Assembly (NCBI GenBank): GCA_037441705.1
Contig: JBBIRR010000001.1
Location: forward strand, 160,001-224,000
DNA length: 64,000 nucleotides
Source of the DNA: Ignavibacteriales bacterium
GTDB lineage: Bacteria; Bacteroidota; Ignavibacteria; UBA10030; UBA6906
Reading direction: 5' to 3'
The notes beneath the pieces were generated by a model, which was given only the letters and a program-made list of their open reading frames with translations, made no database searches and was not told the origin of the DNA. The position numbers were made by a program, and so were the translations under genes. Of this stretch, positions 37,982 to 47,134 are shown piece after piece (position 1 is the stretch's first letter; the number at the start of each line of letters is the position of its first letter).

Positions 37982-38536
37982 ATGCAGACTCCGACCATCA
38001 TCTTCACATACGATGACTACCTGACTCTTCCCAACGACGGGAAGAGATATGAGATTATTGACGGAGATTTGCACATCACCCCCGCACCCATCCCCGAGCA
38101 CCAGCTTGTCCTTGTTTATTTGACAGAAATCTTGCTGGCCTACCTTCGCAGCCATAAATGGGGAAAGTTGTTCGTTGCACCTACCGATGTGGTGTTCTCC
38201 ATGACGGAAGTGGCACAACCTGACATCGCAGTCGTTGCAAGAGAGCGTGACCACATCATCACAAAAAGGAATATCATTGCAGCTCCCGATCTCATCGTCG
38301 AGATTCTTTCGGAGGCAACGGAGAAAACCGACCGGACAACAAAGAAGGCGATGTACGAACGGCATGGCGTGAAAGAATACTGGATCGTTGATCCGTCCGA
38401 TCGCTCCGTGGAGATCTTCGAACTCGTGGGCGGAGCGTACGCGCCGGGCACACGCTTTGCATCAACGGAAGAAGTACACTCCCCGCTTCTGTCCGGGCTT
38501 TCGTTCCGTGTGCAGACCATTTTCGACTTCGAGTAG
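37982..38536 (+). CDS. Uma2-family (PD-(D/E)xK) endonuclease-like protein
   Basis: TYDDY..LP.DGKRYEIIDG, HQ, QPD, APDLIVEILS, DR..K..MY...GVKEYWIVDP. Confidence 0.92.
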   Translation: MQTPTIIFTYDDYLTLPNDGKRYEIIDGDLHITPAPIPEHQLVLVYLTEILLAYLRSHKWGKLFVAPTDVVFSMTEVAQPDIAVVARERDHIITKRNIIAAPDLIVEILSEATEKTDRTTKKAMYERHGVKEYWIVDPSDRSVEIFELVGGAYAPGTRFASTEEVHSPLLSGLSFRVQTIFDFE

Positions 38537-38563
38537 TTTCCCATACCGAAAGGAGCCAACACC

Positions 38564-40072
38564 ATGTCACTCGCGGCAGAAGTACCCTCCATCGCCTCTG
38601 CAACAAAATCCTCCAACGGCGTTCGTGTGTTGATGAACTATGTGAACGGCTCGTGGGTGGACGCAAGAACCGGAGAGTTCCAACCTGTCATGAATCCTTC
38701 AATCGGGCAGCAGATTGCCCGGGTGCCGCTCTCGCTGCCGGAGGATGTTGATGCGGCAGTGCGCGCCGCGCGGGCGGCCTTCCCCGCATGGTCGGCAACG
38801 CCCATCAAGGAACGTGTGCAGGTTTTCTTCCGCTACAAGCGCTTGATGGAAGACCATCTGCAGGAGCTTGCCGCACTGGTGCATGAAGAAAACGGCAAGA
38901 CGATGAGCGAGGCAATCGCCGAAATCGAAAAGGCGATCGAAGTAACGGAGTTCGCATGCTCGATGCCGCAGCTTGTGACGGGAGAGATTCTCGAGGTGAG
39001 CAAAGGGGTCGAGTGCAGAATTGATCGCTATCCTGTCGGGGTCGTCGCCTCGATCACGCCGTTCAACTTTCCCCACATGGTCCCGAACTGGACGATCCCG
39101 AATGCACTGGTGCTGGGCAATACGATGATCCTCAAGCCATCCGAGCTTGTGCCGCTCAGTTCCATCCGCATCGCGGAACTGCTGAAGGAAGCCGGCCTTC
39201 CCGACGGCGTGTTCAACATCGTGCACGGCGGACAAACAGCAGTCGAAACAATTTGCGACCATCCGGGCATTGACGCACTCACGTTCGTTGGCTCGACGCG
39301 CGTCGCAAAGCTTGTGTACGCACGCGCGACGTCGCACTTCAAGCGAGCGCTCTGTTTGGGCGGGGCGAAGAATCACCTCATCGTCCTTCCCGACGCGCAT
39401 GAGGAAATGGCAGCGTCCAATATCGCCGCCTCGATGAGTGGCTGCGCCGGTCAACGCTGCATGGCCGCTTCGGCCATGGTCGCCGTCGGCAACGTGGACC
39501 ACATCATCAAGCGATTGTGTGAAGAAGCAAAGAAGATCATCCCCGGGAAAAATCTCGGCGCCGTCATCTCGAAGAAAGCGAAGGAACGCATCGAGGGCTA
39601 TATCACCGAAGCCGAACAGCAAGGGGCAAAAGTTCTCGTTGACGGACGGAACTATGTGGTCCAAGGAAAGGAGGAAGGCTTCTACGTGGGGCCAACAGTG
39701 ATTGACCACGTTCGTCCGGAAATGCGTATTGCGAACGAGGAGGTGTTCGGACCGGTTCTTGCCATCATGCGCGTCAACACGGTTGATGAGGCGCTAAAGA
39801 TTGAGAACAACAATCCGTACGGCAATGCGGCATCGGTGTTCACGCAAAGCGGGGGCGCTGCCCGCTACGTGATCGAGCGTGCAAGTGCGGGTATGATCGG
39901 CGTGAACATCGGCGTGCCCGTCCCACGAGAACCGTTCTCGTTCGGCGGATGGAATGAGTCGAAGTTCGGTGCGTGCGACATCACCGGCAAAAGCTCCATC
40001 GAGTTTCTCACCAAGCCGAAGAAGACCACCATCAAGTGGAATCCGGAATCGCGTGTGAATTGGATGAGTTAG
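38564..40072 (+). CDS. mmsA: CoA-acylating (methyl)malonate-semialdehyde dehydrogenase
   Basis: ITPFNFP, LKPSE, FVGST, GGAKNH, GCAGQRCMA, EEVFGP, PYGNAASVFT, GVNIGVPVP. Confidence 0.93.
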   Translation: MSLAAEVPSIASATKSSNGVRVLMNYVNGSWVDARTGEFQPVMNPSIGQQIARVPLSLPEDVDAAVRAARAAFPAWSATPIKERVQVFFRYKRLMEDHLQELAALVHEENGKTMSEAIAEIEKAIEVTEFACSMPQLVTGEILEVSKGVECRIDRYPVGVVASITPFNFPHMVPNWTIPNALVLGNTMILKPSELVPLSSIRIAELLKEAGLPDGVFNIVHGGQTAVETICDHPGIDALTFVGSTRVAKLVYARATSHFKRALCLGGAKNHLIVLPDAHEEMAASNIAASMSGCAGQRCMAASAMVAVGNVDHIIKRLCEEAKKIIPGKNLGAVISKKAKERIEGYITEAEQQGAKVLVDGRNYVVQGKEEGFYVGPTVIDHVRPEMRIANEEVFGPVLAIMRVNTVDEALKIENNNPYGNAASVFTQSGGAARYVIERASAGMIGVNIGVPVPREPFSFGGWNESKFGACDITGKSSIEFLTKPKKTTIKWNPESRVNWMS

Positions 40073-40092
40073 CAAGGTAAACGTCTCGGAAA

Positions 40093-40122
40093 TGGAGTGT
40101 TGGAGTTCTGGAGTTGTGGGGG
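40093..40122. repeat. Octamer tandem array (TGGAGTNN) upstream of the four-helix-bundle gene
   Basis: tggagtgt tggagttc tggagttg tggggg. Confidence 0.8.
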
Positions 40123-40195
40123 TTCCATTACATCCCTGTGGTGGACGGAGGCTTCAAGTGAGAATCTATTGCGGACCGGAAATCCGGAGTTGCAA

Positions 40196-40636
40196 ATGAC
40201 CGAATATACGAAACGAAAGAACGTCAACCGCGGCTACATGAAGCTTGATGTCTGGCAGAATAGCATCGAGCTTTACAAGATCGTTCACAACATTGTTTAC
40301 AAGGAATCCCAATTGGATTTCAAAATCCGGTCACAGATCGACGACGCCGCTCATTCCGTCTCGAGCAACATCGCCGAAGGTTATGCAAGAAGATCAATCC
40401 ACGAGTACATCCAGCACCTTTATGTTGCTGCCGGGTCACTTGCAGAAACACTCACCCGAACAATTGGACTGATGGTAACAGGTCAGATATCTGGAAAACA
40501 GTTCGAGCACATTGATGAGATGCATTATGAAGTGGAGAACAAACTGATCCGACTCATAGAAAGCTTGGAGCATAAACGTGACACCGGCTCCTGGGTCAAC
40601 AAGATATCAGAACCCATAGACGTATACAACCCGTAG
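40196..40636 (+). CDS. Four helix bundle protein (TIGR02436 / 23S rRNA IVS protein family)
   Basis: Y.KLDVWQNS, SQI..AA.SVSSNIAEGY.R, YIQHL.VA.GSL.ET; visibly more AT-rich than its neighbours. Confidence 0.92.
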   Translation: MTEYTKRKNVNRGYMKLDVWQNSIELYKIVHNIVYKESQLDFKIRSQIDDAAHSVSSNIAEGYARRSIHEYIQHLYVAAGSLAETLTRTIGLMVTGQISGKQFEHIDEMHYEVENKLIRLIESLEHKRDTGSWVNKISEPIDVYNP

Positions 40637-40644
40637 CTCCCACC

Positions 40645-40732
40645 ACTCCAATACCCCAATACTCCAATACTCCATTACTCCATTACTCCACTACTCCATC
40701 ACTGCGTCACTCCGTCACCCCATCACTCTACC
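40645..40732. repeat. Octamer tandem array (ACTCCANN x11), inverted relative to 40093-40122
   Basis: actccaat accccaat actccaat actccatt actccatt actccact actccatc actgcgtc actccgtc accccatc actctacc; overlaps the NCS1 stop codon. Confidence 0.92.
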
Positions 40733-42147
40733 CTCCTCCTCATCATCGCCGCATACACCGCGAACGCGACCGCAAAGCCGACGAACCAGGCGTAGTCATA
40801 GAGAAAGCGCAACGGCTCCACCAACAAGCCGATGAGCGCGACCACGACGCCTGCGGCAAGGGCAAGGAGCGCCCGAAGATTGAACCCCCCTGCAAACTCA
40901 TACTCTCCCCCGCGTAGATACAGATCACGCACGCTGAGGGTTCTCTTCCGCACGAGATAGTAATCCGCGATCAACACACCGGCGATGGGACCGAGAAAAC
41001 TCGAGTACCCAACAAGCCAGCCGAAGATGTACGTACCGTAATCGGACAGCAGCTTCCACGGCATCATCACGATGCCCAGCACGGCCGTGATGAGGCCGCC
41101 GGTTTTGAAGCTGATTTTTCGCGGCAGCAGATTGGCAAAGTCGTTTGCCGGCGAGACAACATTTGCAGCAATATTCGTCGTGAGCGTTGCAACGACAAGA
41201 GCAATGAGCGAGAGAAGGATGACGATGGGACTTTCGAACTTCGACAGCAAGACGACCGGATCCCAAATCGCTTCGCCAAAAAGCACCACGGTGGCGGAGG
41301 TGACCGCCACACCGATGAACGAGTACAGAGCCATCGTCGGCGGCAGGCCGATGGCCTGACCAATGATCTGCGCACGCTGGCTTCGGGCGTAGCGCGTAAA
41401 GTCGGGAATGTTGAGCGAGAGCGTTGCCCAGAAGCCGACCATGCCGGTGAGCGACGGCATGAAGAACGCCCAGAACTCGCCGGCCGTCTGGAACTTGCTC
41501 GGCTGGGCAAACATGGGACCGAAGCTGCCGATGCGCGTATAAGCCCACGCCAACAGCGCCAGCCCAACAATGATCAGAAACGGCGCGGCAAGCGCTTCCA
41601 GCCATTTGATTGATTCCGTTCCTTTGATGATGAAGTAGACGTTCATTCCCCAGAAAATGAGAAACCCGATCGCCGGTCCCCATTCGAAAATAGCCCACTG
41701 CGGAAGCAGTAGGACGATCAGCGAGTTGAATGCCTGTCCCCCAATCCATGTTTGAATGCCGAACCACCCGCAGGCAACAACAGCGCGCAGCAATGCGGGC
41801 ACATTCGAGCCGAGCGTCCCGAATGAGGCACGCGCAAGAACCGGAAACGGAATGCCGTACTTCGTTCCTGCGTGCGCGTTCAACACCATTGGAATGAGCA
41901 CAATGATGTTACCGAGCGTGATGGTGAGCAGCGCCTGCCACCAATTCATGCCGCCGGCAATCAATCCGCTGGCAAGCATGTAGGTGGGGATGCAGACGCT
42001 CATGCCGATCCAGAGTGCGGCGATGTGGTACGTGCCCCACGTGCGCTGAGCGATTTTGGTCGGGGCGATGTCGGGATTGATGAGAGGACTGTGGTTGACG
42101 GAGGAGAGATCAGCCTCAACGAGTTCGGAGGTTACCTGCGTTTGCAT
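40723..42147 (-). CDS. NCS1 nucleobase:cation symporter (uracil/thymine/allantoin family)
   Basis: N.DIAPT...RTW, LWIGMSVCIPTY, GTKYGIPFPV..RASFG, ACGWFGIQTW, FWATLSLNIPDFTRY, NIAANVVSP. Confidence 0.95.
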   Translation of the reverse strand: MQTQVTSELVEADLSSVNHSPLINPDIAPTKIAQRTWGTYHIAALWIGMSVCIPTYMLASGLIAGGMNWWQALLTITLGNIIVLIPMVLNAHAGTKYGIPFPVLARASFGTLGSNVPALLRAVVACGWFGIQTWIGGQAFNSLIVLLLPQWAIFEWGPAIGFLIFWGMNVYFIIKGTESIKWLEALAAPFLIIVGLALLAWAYTRIGSFGPMFAQPSKFQTAGEFWAFFMPSLTGMVGFWATLSLNIPDFTRYARSQRAQIIGQAIGLPPTMALYSFIGVAVTSATVVLFGEAIWDPVVLLSKFESPIVILLSLIALVVATLTTNIAANVVSPANDFANLLPRKISFKTGGLITAVLGIVMMPWKLLSDYGTYIFGWLVGYSSFLGPIAGVLIADYYLVRKRTLSVRDLYLRGGEYEFAGGFNLRALLALAAGVVVALIGLLVEPLRFLYDYAWFVGFAVAFAVYAAMMRRRVE

Positions 42148-42230
42148 AGAAGAACACCGTTGTCAATGGACAGAAAGCGTGATGCGATGGCCTCATGATA
42201 GGAAATGGAAAGCCGAAGGTCAAGCACCTC

Positions 42231-42410
42231 TTATCCCGGCAGCGAAGAGAAGTGGGGATGCTTCACGCTGACATCCCCACTTCGCGAGCTCACACCGACG
42301 AGGGGATTGCCGGCATGATCGGTCACCTTTCCGCTCACTTCTACCTCCTGCGAAAGCGCCGGGCCACCTGCCCAGACAAGAACCAGCAGCAACAGTAGAA
42401 GATGTTTCAT
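42231..42410 (-). pseudogene. Truncated N-terminus of a TonB-dependent receptor / carboxypeptidase-regulatory-like domain protein
   Basis: AAGGAG RBS, signal peptide MKHLLLLLLVLVW...ALSQ, then VSGKVTD..GNPLVGVS; stops after 59 aa. Confidence 0.6.
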
Positions 42411-42485
42411 AGGGGGTCTCCTTTGAATGTGAAAAGTTGAGTGAATTGAGAAACAACGCGCGTTCTCACCCCCCCGCATGCGCTT

Positions 42486-43874
42486 TCACCCACTTGCTAA
42501 CGGTTCGCGTTTGATGAATTTGCCGCGGCCCACCGTCCCGACAAACTTTCCGTCACGCGCCGCAACTTCGCCGCGGACGGTAACCACGTGCGGCCTGCCT
42601 TTGATCTGCCATCCCTCGAACGCGCTGTAGTCAACGTTGAGCTGATGCGTGCGCGCCGAAATCGTTCCGCGATACTGCGGATCGTACACCACCACATCGG
42701 CATCACTGCCGACGGCGATGGTGCCCTTGCGCGGGTACAAGCCGAACAACCGGGCCGCCTGCGTGCTGGCACAATTCACAAGTGTGTTCAGGTCAAGACG
42801 ACCTTCGCAGACCCCGTAGGTGTAGAGCAAGTTGATGCGATCTTCGAGCGAGGGGATGCCGTTCGGTATTTTGGTGAAGTCGTTGCGTCCCATCTCTTTT
42901 TGTCCGACAAAATCGAACGGCGCATGATCGGTGGCAACCGTTGAGACAAGTCCCTGACGTATCGCGTTCCAGAACACAGCCTGATTCCGCTTGTCGCGCA
43001 GCGGCGGGGACATGACGTACTTTGCCCCTTCGAAGTTCGGCAGCTCGGCGTAACTTTTGTCCAGCAGTAAATACTGAATCAATGTCTCGACCCGCACATG
43101 CAGGCCGCGCTGCATGGCAAGCAGCGCTTCTTGCAGCGCTTCTTCACAGCTAGTATGGACAATGTAGCAGTGCGTGCCGTGCAGCTCGGCAAAGGTCAGC
43201 AGATGATGCACGCCTTCCGCCTCGATGCGCGGGGGGCGGCTCCAATAGTGCCATTCGGGTCCCGTCTTTCCTTCGCCGAGCAGCTTCTGCTGCAGTTCGA
43301 ACACGGCGTCCGCATTCTCGCAGTGTGCCGTAACAGTAACGCCGAGTTCTTTCGCGAGCCGCATGGTGTGGTACAGCTCCTCGTCCGTAATGCCGAACGC
43401 GCCTTTGTATGCGAGGAACACTTTGAAACTCGTTATCCCGCTGCGGACGATTTCCCTCAACTCCCCTTCAGTCTTCTTGTCGAACCGCGTCACGGCTTGA
43501 TGAAATGTGAAATCGCATGCACTCTTGCCCTCGGCTTTTCCTCGCCACAACTCGAATCCATCGCGCAGCGGGTTCTCGGCTCTCGACTGACAGATCATTT
43601 CGATGAACGTCGTCGTCCCTCCAACGAGTGCCGCCTTGCTTGCCGTTTCATGCGTGTCTTTCGCGAACGTTCCCATGAACGGCAGATAGATGTGCACGTG
43701 CGGATCAATGAAGCCGGGAAAGACATACTTTCCCGTCGCATCAATTATCGTTGCGTTCGGCGGCGCGTCCAGGTGCTTGCCGATGCGAGTGATTTGTTCA
43801 TTCTCGCAATAGATATCTGCCACGTAGTCCTGATCGGCAGTGATGATCCGACCGTTTTTGATGAGGATGGACAT
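42486..43874 (-). CDS. hydA: Dihydropyrimidinase
   Basis: ILIKNG, PGFIDPHVH, GGTTT, SFKVFLAY, HCEN, YVMSPPLR, ATDHAPF, IPNG, KGTIAVGSDADVV. Confidence 0.96.
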   Translation of the reverse strand: MSILIKNGRIITADQDYVADIYCENEQITRIGKHLDAPPNATIIDATGKYVFPGFIDPHVHIYLPFMGTFAKDTHETASKAALVGGTTTFIEMICQSRAENPLRDGFELWRGKAEGKSACDFTFHQAVTRFDKKTEGELREIVRSGITSFKVFLAYKGAFGITDEELYHTMRLAKELGVTVTAHCENADAVFELQQKLLGEGKTGPEWHYWSRPPRIEAEGVHHLLTFAELHGTHCYIVHTSCEEALQEALLAMQRGLHVRVETLIQYLLLDKSYAELPNFEGAKYVMSPPLRDKRNQAVFWNAIRQGLVSTVATDHAPFDFVGQKEMGRNDFTKIPNGIPSLEDRINLLYTYGVCEGRLDLNTLVNCASTQAARLFGLYPRKGTIAVGSDADVVVYDPQYRGTISARTHQLNVDYSAFEGWQIKGRPHVVTVRGEVAARDGKFVGTVGRGKFIKREPLASG

Positions 43875-43947
43875 TGATGGCTCCTTGATTCATGAGGTTC
43901 AAGATTAGGGTTTAGACCTTCTCGTCCAGCGGGCGGCTAATGCCGTC

Positions 43948-44175
43948 TCACGCGTTTGAGACGCCGGAGGCAGTTTGCCATTCAAGAACAAGCAAAGCCT
44001 GAATCTGAACAGGAACAGTGGCAAGAGTTTCGCCGTCTGAGTTGCTGAACTCCACAAGAACATTTTCATCATCAAGCGGCTCAACGACCGTCCCAACCAT
44101 CCCACGGATGAGTTTTTCGTCTGGGATGTCCTGAAGCAGTGCGACGACATCATAGGGCTTTGGTTTCGCCGTCAT
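43948..44175 (-). CDS. DUF4926 domain protein
   Basis: YDVVALL.DIP...L.RG.VGTVVE......LVEFS...GET.A. Confidence 0.82.
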   Translation of the reverse strand: MTAKPKPYDVVALLQDIPDEKLIRGMVGTVVEPLDDENVLVEFSNSDGETLATVPVQIQALLVLEWQTASGVSNA

Positions 44176-44350
44176 TTCATTCTCCTCCTAACAAAACAAG
44201 AAATCAGTCGTGCTTTCGCGGAACGTCTTGGAACCATCCATATACTCCGAAGAATTTCCTTGCCCTTCACGCCGTCAATCTCATAATCAATTCGGAAGTA
44301 CTCACCGTACTTGTCACTTCGAACCAGTTGAGCTTCAGCTTCTTCCGTGG
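44172..44350 (-). pseudogene. C-terminal fragment of a DUF6883-like (toxin-like) protein
   Basis: D.YG..F.IDY...G..G...LRSIW.V......RLISCFV directly upstream of DUF4926; no recognisable N-terminal half. Boundary approximate. Confidence 0.55.
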
Positions 44351-44441
44351 GAAGACTTCTTCTACTTTTCTGAGCCGCGAAAGACGGATGCCGGACAATT
44401 CCGTATTGCCGTTGCCCGGCATCCAATGAGTTACGGTATTG

Positions 44442-44861
44442 TTATGCTGTCGCTGCGCCCTTCTTCATCACAGCCGCGACAACGGCACCGAGAATCACAT
44501 ACCAGATGATGCCGTAGATCGTCATGATCCACGATAGCCCGTACGGAAACCCGTTGAACATCAGGTTCATGAAGATGTATGTCGGGAAGCTCATGAGGAT
44601 CCCGAGGTAGAGACCCGCGGTTGCACCGTCCTTCACCGTTGTGCCGAACGAAGCGGCAACCTTGTCATACACCCATGCGAAAACGAACACTGCAACGAAG
44701 TCGCCGATAACGAACCATGCCACGTTCCCTTCCTGACGAAACAGTGCCGTGTTCTGCATGATGTACGCCGGTTGAAGCCACAAACTCCACACAAGCCAAT
44801 CCAGCACATTTACCACCACACCACCCACCAACACCGCGAGCCAGAACTTGCCGCTTTTCAT
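44442..44861 (-). CDS. Small 4-TM membrane protein (DUF1761-like)
   Basis: GGAGG RBS before MKSGKFW; four hydrophobic helices. Confidence 0.7.
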   Translation of the reverse strand: MKSGKFWLAVLVGGVVVNVLDWLVWSLWLQPAYIMQNTALFRQEGNVAWFVIGDFVAVFVFAWVYDKVAASFGTTVKDGATAGLYLGILMSFPTYIFMNLMFNGFPYGLSWIMTIYGIIWYVILGAVVAAVMKKGAATA

Positions 44862-44981
44862 AGTGCCTCCTATTGATGTTTGTTTGTTGTTTGGGTGATG
44901 ATTCGGTTGGCATAAAGGGACAATGTCATCCGAACCGTACATGTTCGTGTTCAAGAAGCAGGGCGTTGCCCCAGCGTCATG

Positions 44982-46316
44982 TCAGTGAATTTCAATCCCA
45001 TGTTTCTTCTGGAAAGCTCGCAGCGCATCCCACGTGAGCGGCTGCGGAAGCTCTTTGACCAACTGGTTCCAGGTCTTGGATTCCTTCCCATCATCGAGCC
45101 GCACCATCGAGATGCAGTTTTCCACGGGGCAAACGATGTAACAGAGCCGGCAGCCAACGCAATCTTCTTCGCGAACTTTCGGTTGGAGGATTGTCTCGGA
45201 CGCGCCGTTCTTTCCGACTTGCTTCGGAATCCTGTCGATGCACTGATGCGCGCTGTCTTCACAGGCAATGTAGCAGAGATTGCATTGAATGCACTTCGCC
45301 TCGTCAATGCGCGCAACGGATTTGTACAGAAGGTTGAGATTCCCGAAATCGTCTATCCCGCGCAGCGCTTTGCCGCGAACCTGCTCGAGCGAGGTGTAGC
45401 CCTTCTCCTCCATCCAGTGTTCCAAACCTTCGATCATATCCTCCACGATCCTGAAGCCGTAGTGCATGACTGCGGTGCAGACTTGCACGCTGGTTGCGCC
45501 AAGAAGAACAAACTCCAGCGCGTCGCGCCAGGTTGAAATGCCGCCGATGCCGGAAATAGGAAGTTGAATTTCGGGATCAAGGGCGATTTGCGAGACCATA
45601 TTGAGGGCAATCGGTTTGACGGCCGGACCGGCATACCCGCCATGACCGCCTTTGCCGTCAACCGCCGGTTTCAGCTCGAACGTGTCAAGATCAACGCCCA
45701 TGATCGTGTTGATGGTATTGATGAGCGAGATGCCGTTCGCGCCTGCTCGCTTCGCCGCGCGGCCCGGATAGCGGACGTCTGTTACGTTCGGCGTGAGTTT
45801 GACGAGCACGGGAACCGTCGAGGCTTCCATCACCCATTCGGTGATCATCTGACAATACTCGGGAACTTGTCCCACCGCCGAGCCCATGCCGCGCTCACTC
45901 ATGCCGTGCGGACAGCCGTAGTTGAGTTCAATCCCATCGGCGCCCGTGTCAATCGTTCGCTTCACGATGTCGTGCCACGCTTCGCGCTTCGACTCGACCA
46001 TCAGTGAAACGACAACGGCGCGATCGGGCCAGAGTTTCTTCGTCTCGGCGATCTCACGCAGGTTCACCTCAATTGGCCTGTCGCTGATCAGCTCGATGTT
46101 GTTCAGGCCGAGGATTTTCTGTCCGTTGTAATCCACCGCGCCGTAGCGGTTGCAGACATTCATCACCGGCTCGCCGATGGTTTTCCAGACGGCGCCGCCC
46201 CAGCCGGCTTCGAAGGCTTTGCACACTTGATACGCAGAGTTTGTCGGCGGGGCAGAAGCGAGCCAGAAGGGGTTGGGGGATGTGATGCCGGCACAGTTTA
46301 CTGAAAGATCAATCAT
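44982..46316 (-). CDS. preA: NAD-dependent dihydropyrimidine dehydrogenase subunit PreA
   Basis: NPFWLASAPP, NNIELISDR, GCPHGMSERGMG, KLTPNVTD, INT, GPAVKPIAL; two C-terminal [4Fe-4S] motifs (CIQCNLC..AC, CVGCRLC..VCP). Confidence 0.96.
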   Translation of the reverse strand: MIDLSVNCAGITSPNPFWLASAPPTNSAYQVCKAFEAGWGGAVWKTIGEPVMNVCNRYGAVDYNGQKILGLNNIELISDRPIEVNLREIAETKKLWPDRAVVVSLMVESKREAWHDIVKRTIDTGADGIELNYGCPHGMSERGMGSAVGQVPEYCQMITEWVMEASTVPVLVKLTPNVTDVRYPGRAAKRAGANGISLINTINTIMGVDLDTFELKPAVDGKGGHGGYAGPAVKPIALNMVSQIALDPEIQLPISGIGGISTWRDALEFVLLGATSVQVCTAVMHYGFRIVEDMIEGLEHWMEEKGYTSLEQVRGKALRGIDDFGNLNLLYKSVARIDEAKCIQCNLCYIACEDSAHQCIDRIPKQVGKNGASETILQPKVREEDCVGCRLCYIVCPVENCISMVRLDDGKESKTWNQLVKELPQPLTWDALRAFQKKHGIEIH

Positions 46317-46332
46317 CGTTGCTCACTCCTTA

Positions 46333-46515
46333 CAAATTTCAAAACTGAAACCGCAAATTACAAACAAAGTCCAAATCCCAAAAACCAAGCAAGCTGCAAA
46401 CCATTTGGAATTTGAAACTCTTGTGATCGGCGGCTCCGGGAAGCCTCCACTTTGTAGTTTGAATTTTGAAGCTTGCGATTTGTTTGGAATTTGGGATTTG
46501 AGATTTGATGCTTCT
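46333..46515. repeat. Inverted heptamer arrays (CAAATNN / NNATTTG) forming an ORF-less hairpin element
   Basis: Left arm caaatttcaaa...caaattacaaacaaagtccaaatcccaaaaacc; right arm tttgaagcttgcgatttgtttggaatttgggatttgagatttg; ends at the preA RBS. Confidence 0.8.
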
Positions 46516-46582
46516 GATCTGTTGCTCCTTGGAGTCTTCTTCGGTACTTTGAATTGGGAGCTTCTGATTTCCAGCTCCACCG

Positions 46583-46659
46583 TCATCTTGTGCCGACGAG
46601 GAATCCAAGGATCCCCTGCCCGCCTTCTTTCCATCAGCCGCGGCATTCACCGCTTCCTT
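46583..46659 (-). pseudogene. Relic duplicate of the preT 3' end
   Basis: KEAVNAAADGKKA versus preT KEVVNAAADGKQA; 34/40 nt identical to 47175-47214. Confidence 0.8.
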
Positions 46660-46871
46660 CATGAATTGCCATTTTCTGTCTTCAGTTCGAAGGTCATAGC
46701 ACTTGGCTGTGTTATATGCTGCGTTGCATTGAGGATTTCGAATCCGACGATGTTGCCATCATAACCAAAGTCAACAACGATGCCTTCTCGTATTTCATCG
46801 CTTTCCTTGATTCGCTCGTCCCTGAAAACGACGTTCATGGTATCGGTATGTGGGTCATAAATCACTTTCAT
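46659..46871 (-). CDS. DUF2283 domain protein (putative antitoxin)
   Basis: MKVIYDP.TD.M.V.F....I.ESDEI..GIVVDF..DG.IVGFEILNA; GAGGAG RBS. Confidence 0.88.
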   Translation of the reverse strand: MKVIYDPHTDTMNVVFRDERIKESDEIREGIVVDFGYDGNIVGFEILNATQHITQPSAMTFELKTENGNS

Positions 46872-46879
46872 CGTTCTCC

Positions 46880-47134
46880 TCACATATATTTTTTGATATT
46901 CGATGTCTTGTACACCGTAATAACAGAATACGCATTCTCCAACACTTCAACAACAACTCGATAGAGCATAGGCTTCAAGAGAATCCGGTCATGAATGACT
47001 TTCTGATAGATTCTCCTACCGAGGCGTCCTTCGATGGTCTTGTCTGGTTCTGCAATCGTAAGTTCCACATCCGACTTGTCAATCTCACGCAACGTAAGCT
47101 CAAGAAGAGCACGAGAGCTGAATACCAACTTCAT
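46880..47134 (-). CDS. DUF4258 domain protein (putative RelE-like toxin)
   Basis: FS.RA...L..R.I....V...I..PD....G..GR.IYQK......LYRVVVE......VITVYKTS...KY; TAATG overlap with the preT stop. Confidence 0.8.
   Translation of the reverse strand: MKLVFSSRALLELTLREIDKSDVELTIAEPDKTIEGRLGRRIYQKVIHDRILLKPMLYRVVVEVLENAYSVITVYKTSNIKKYM

Noticed and set aside
40645-40732. Possible CRISPR array
   Set aside because: Contiguous 8-bp units with no unique spacers and no cas genes; no CRISPR array was seen anywhere in the window.
46323-46662. Two 107-aa ORFs between DUF2283 and preA
   Set aside because: Made of the preT relic plus heptamer-repeat translation (SQIPN, FGIW-type low complexity); treated as non-coding or pseudogene.
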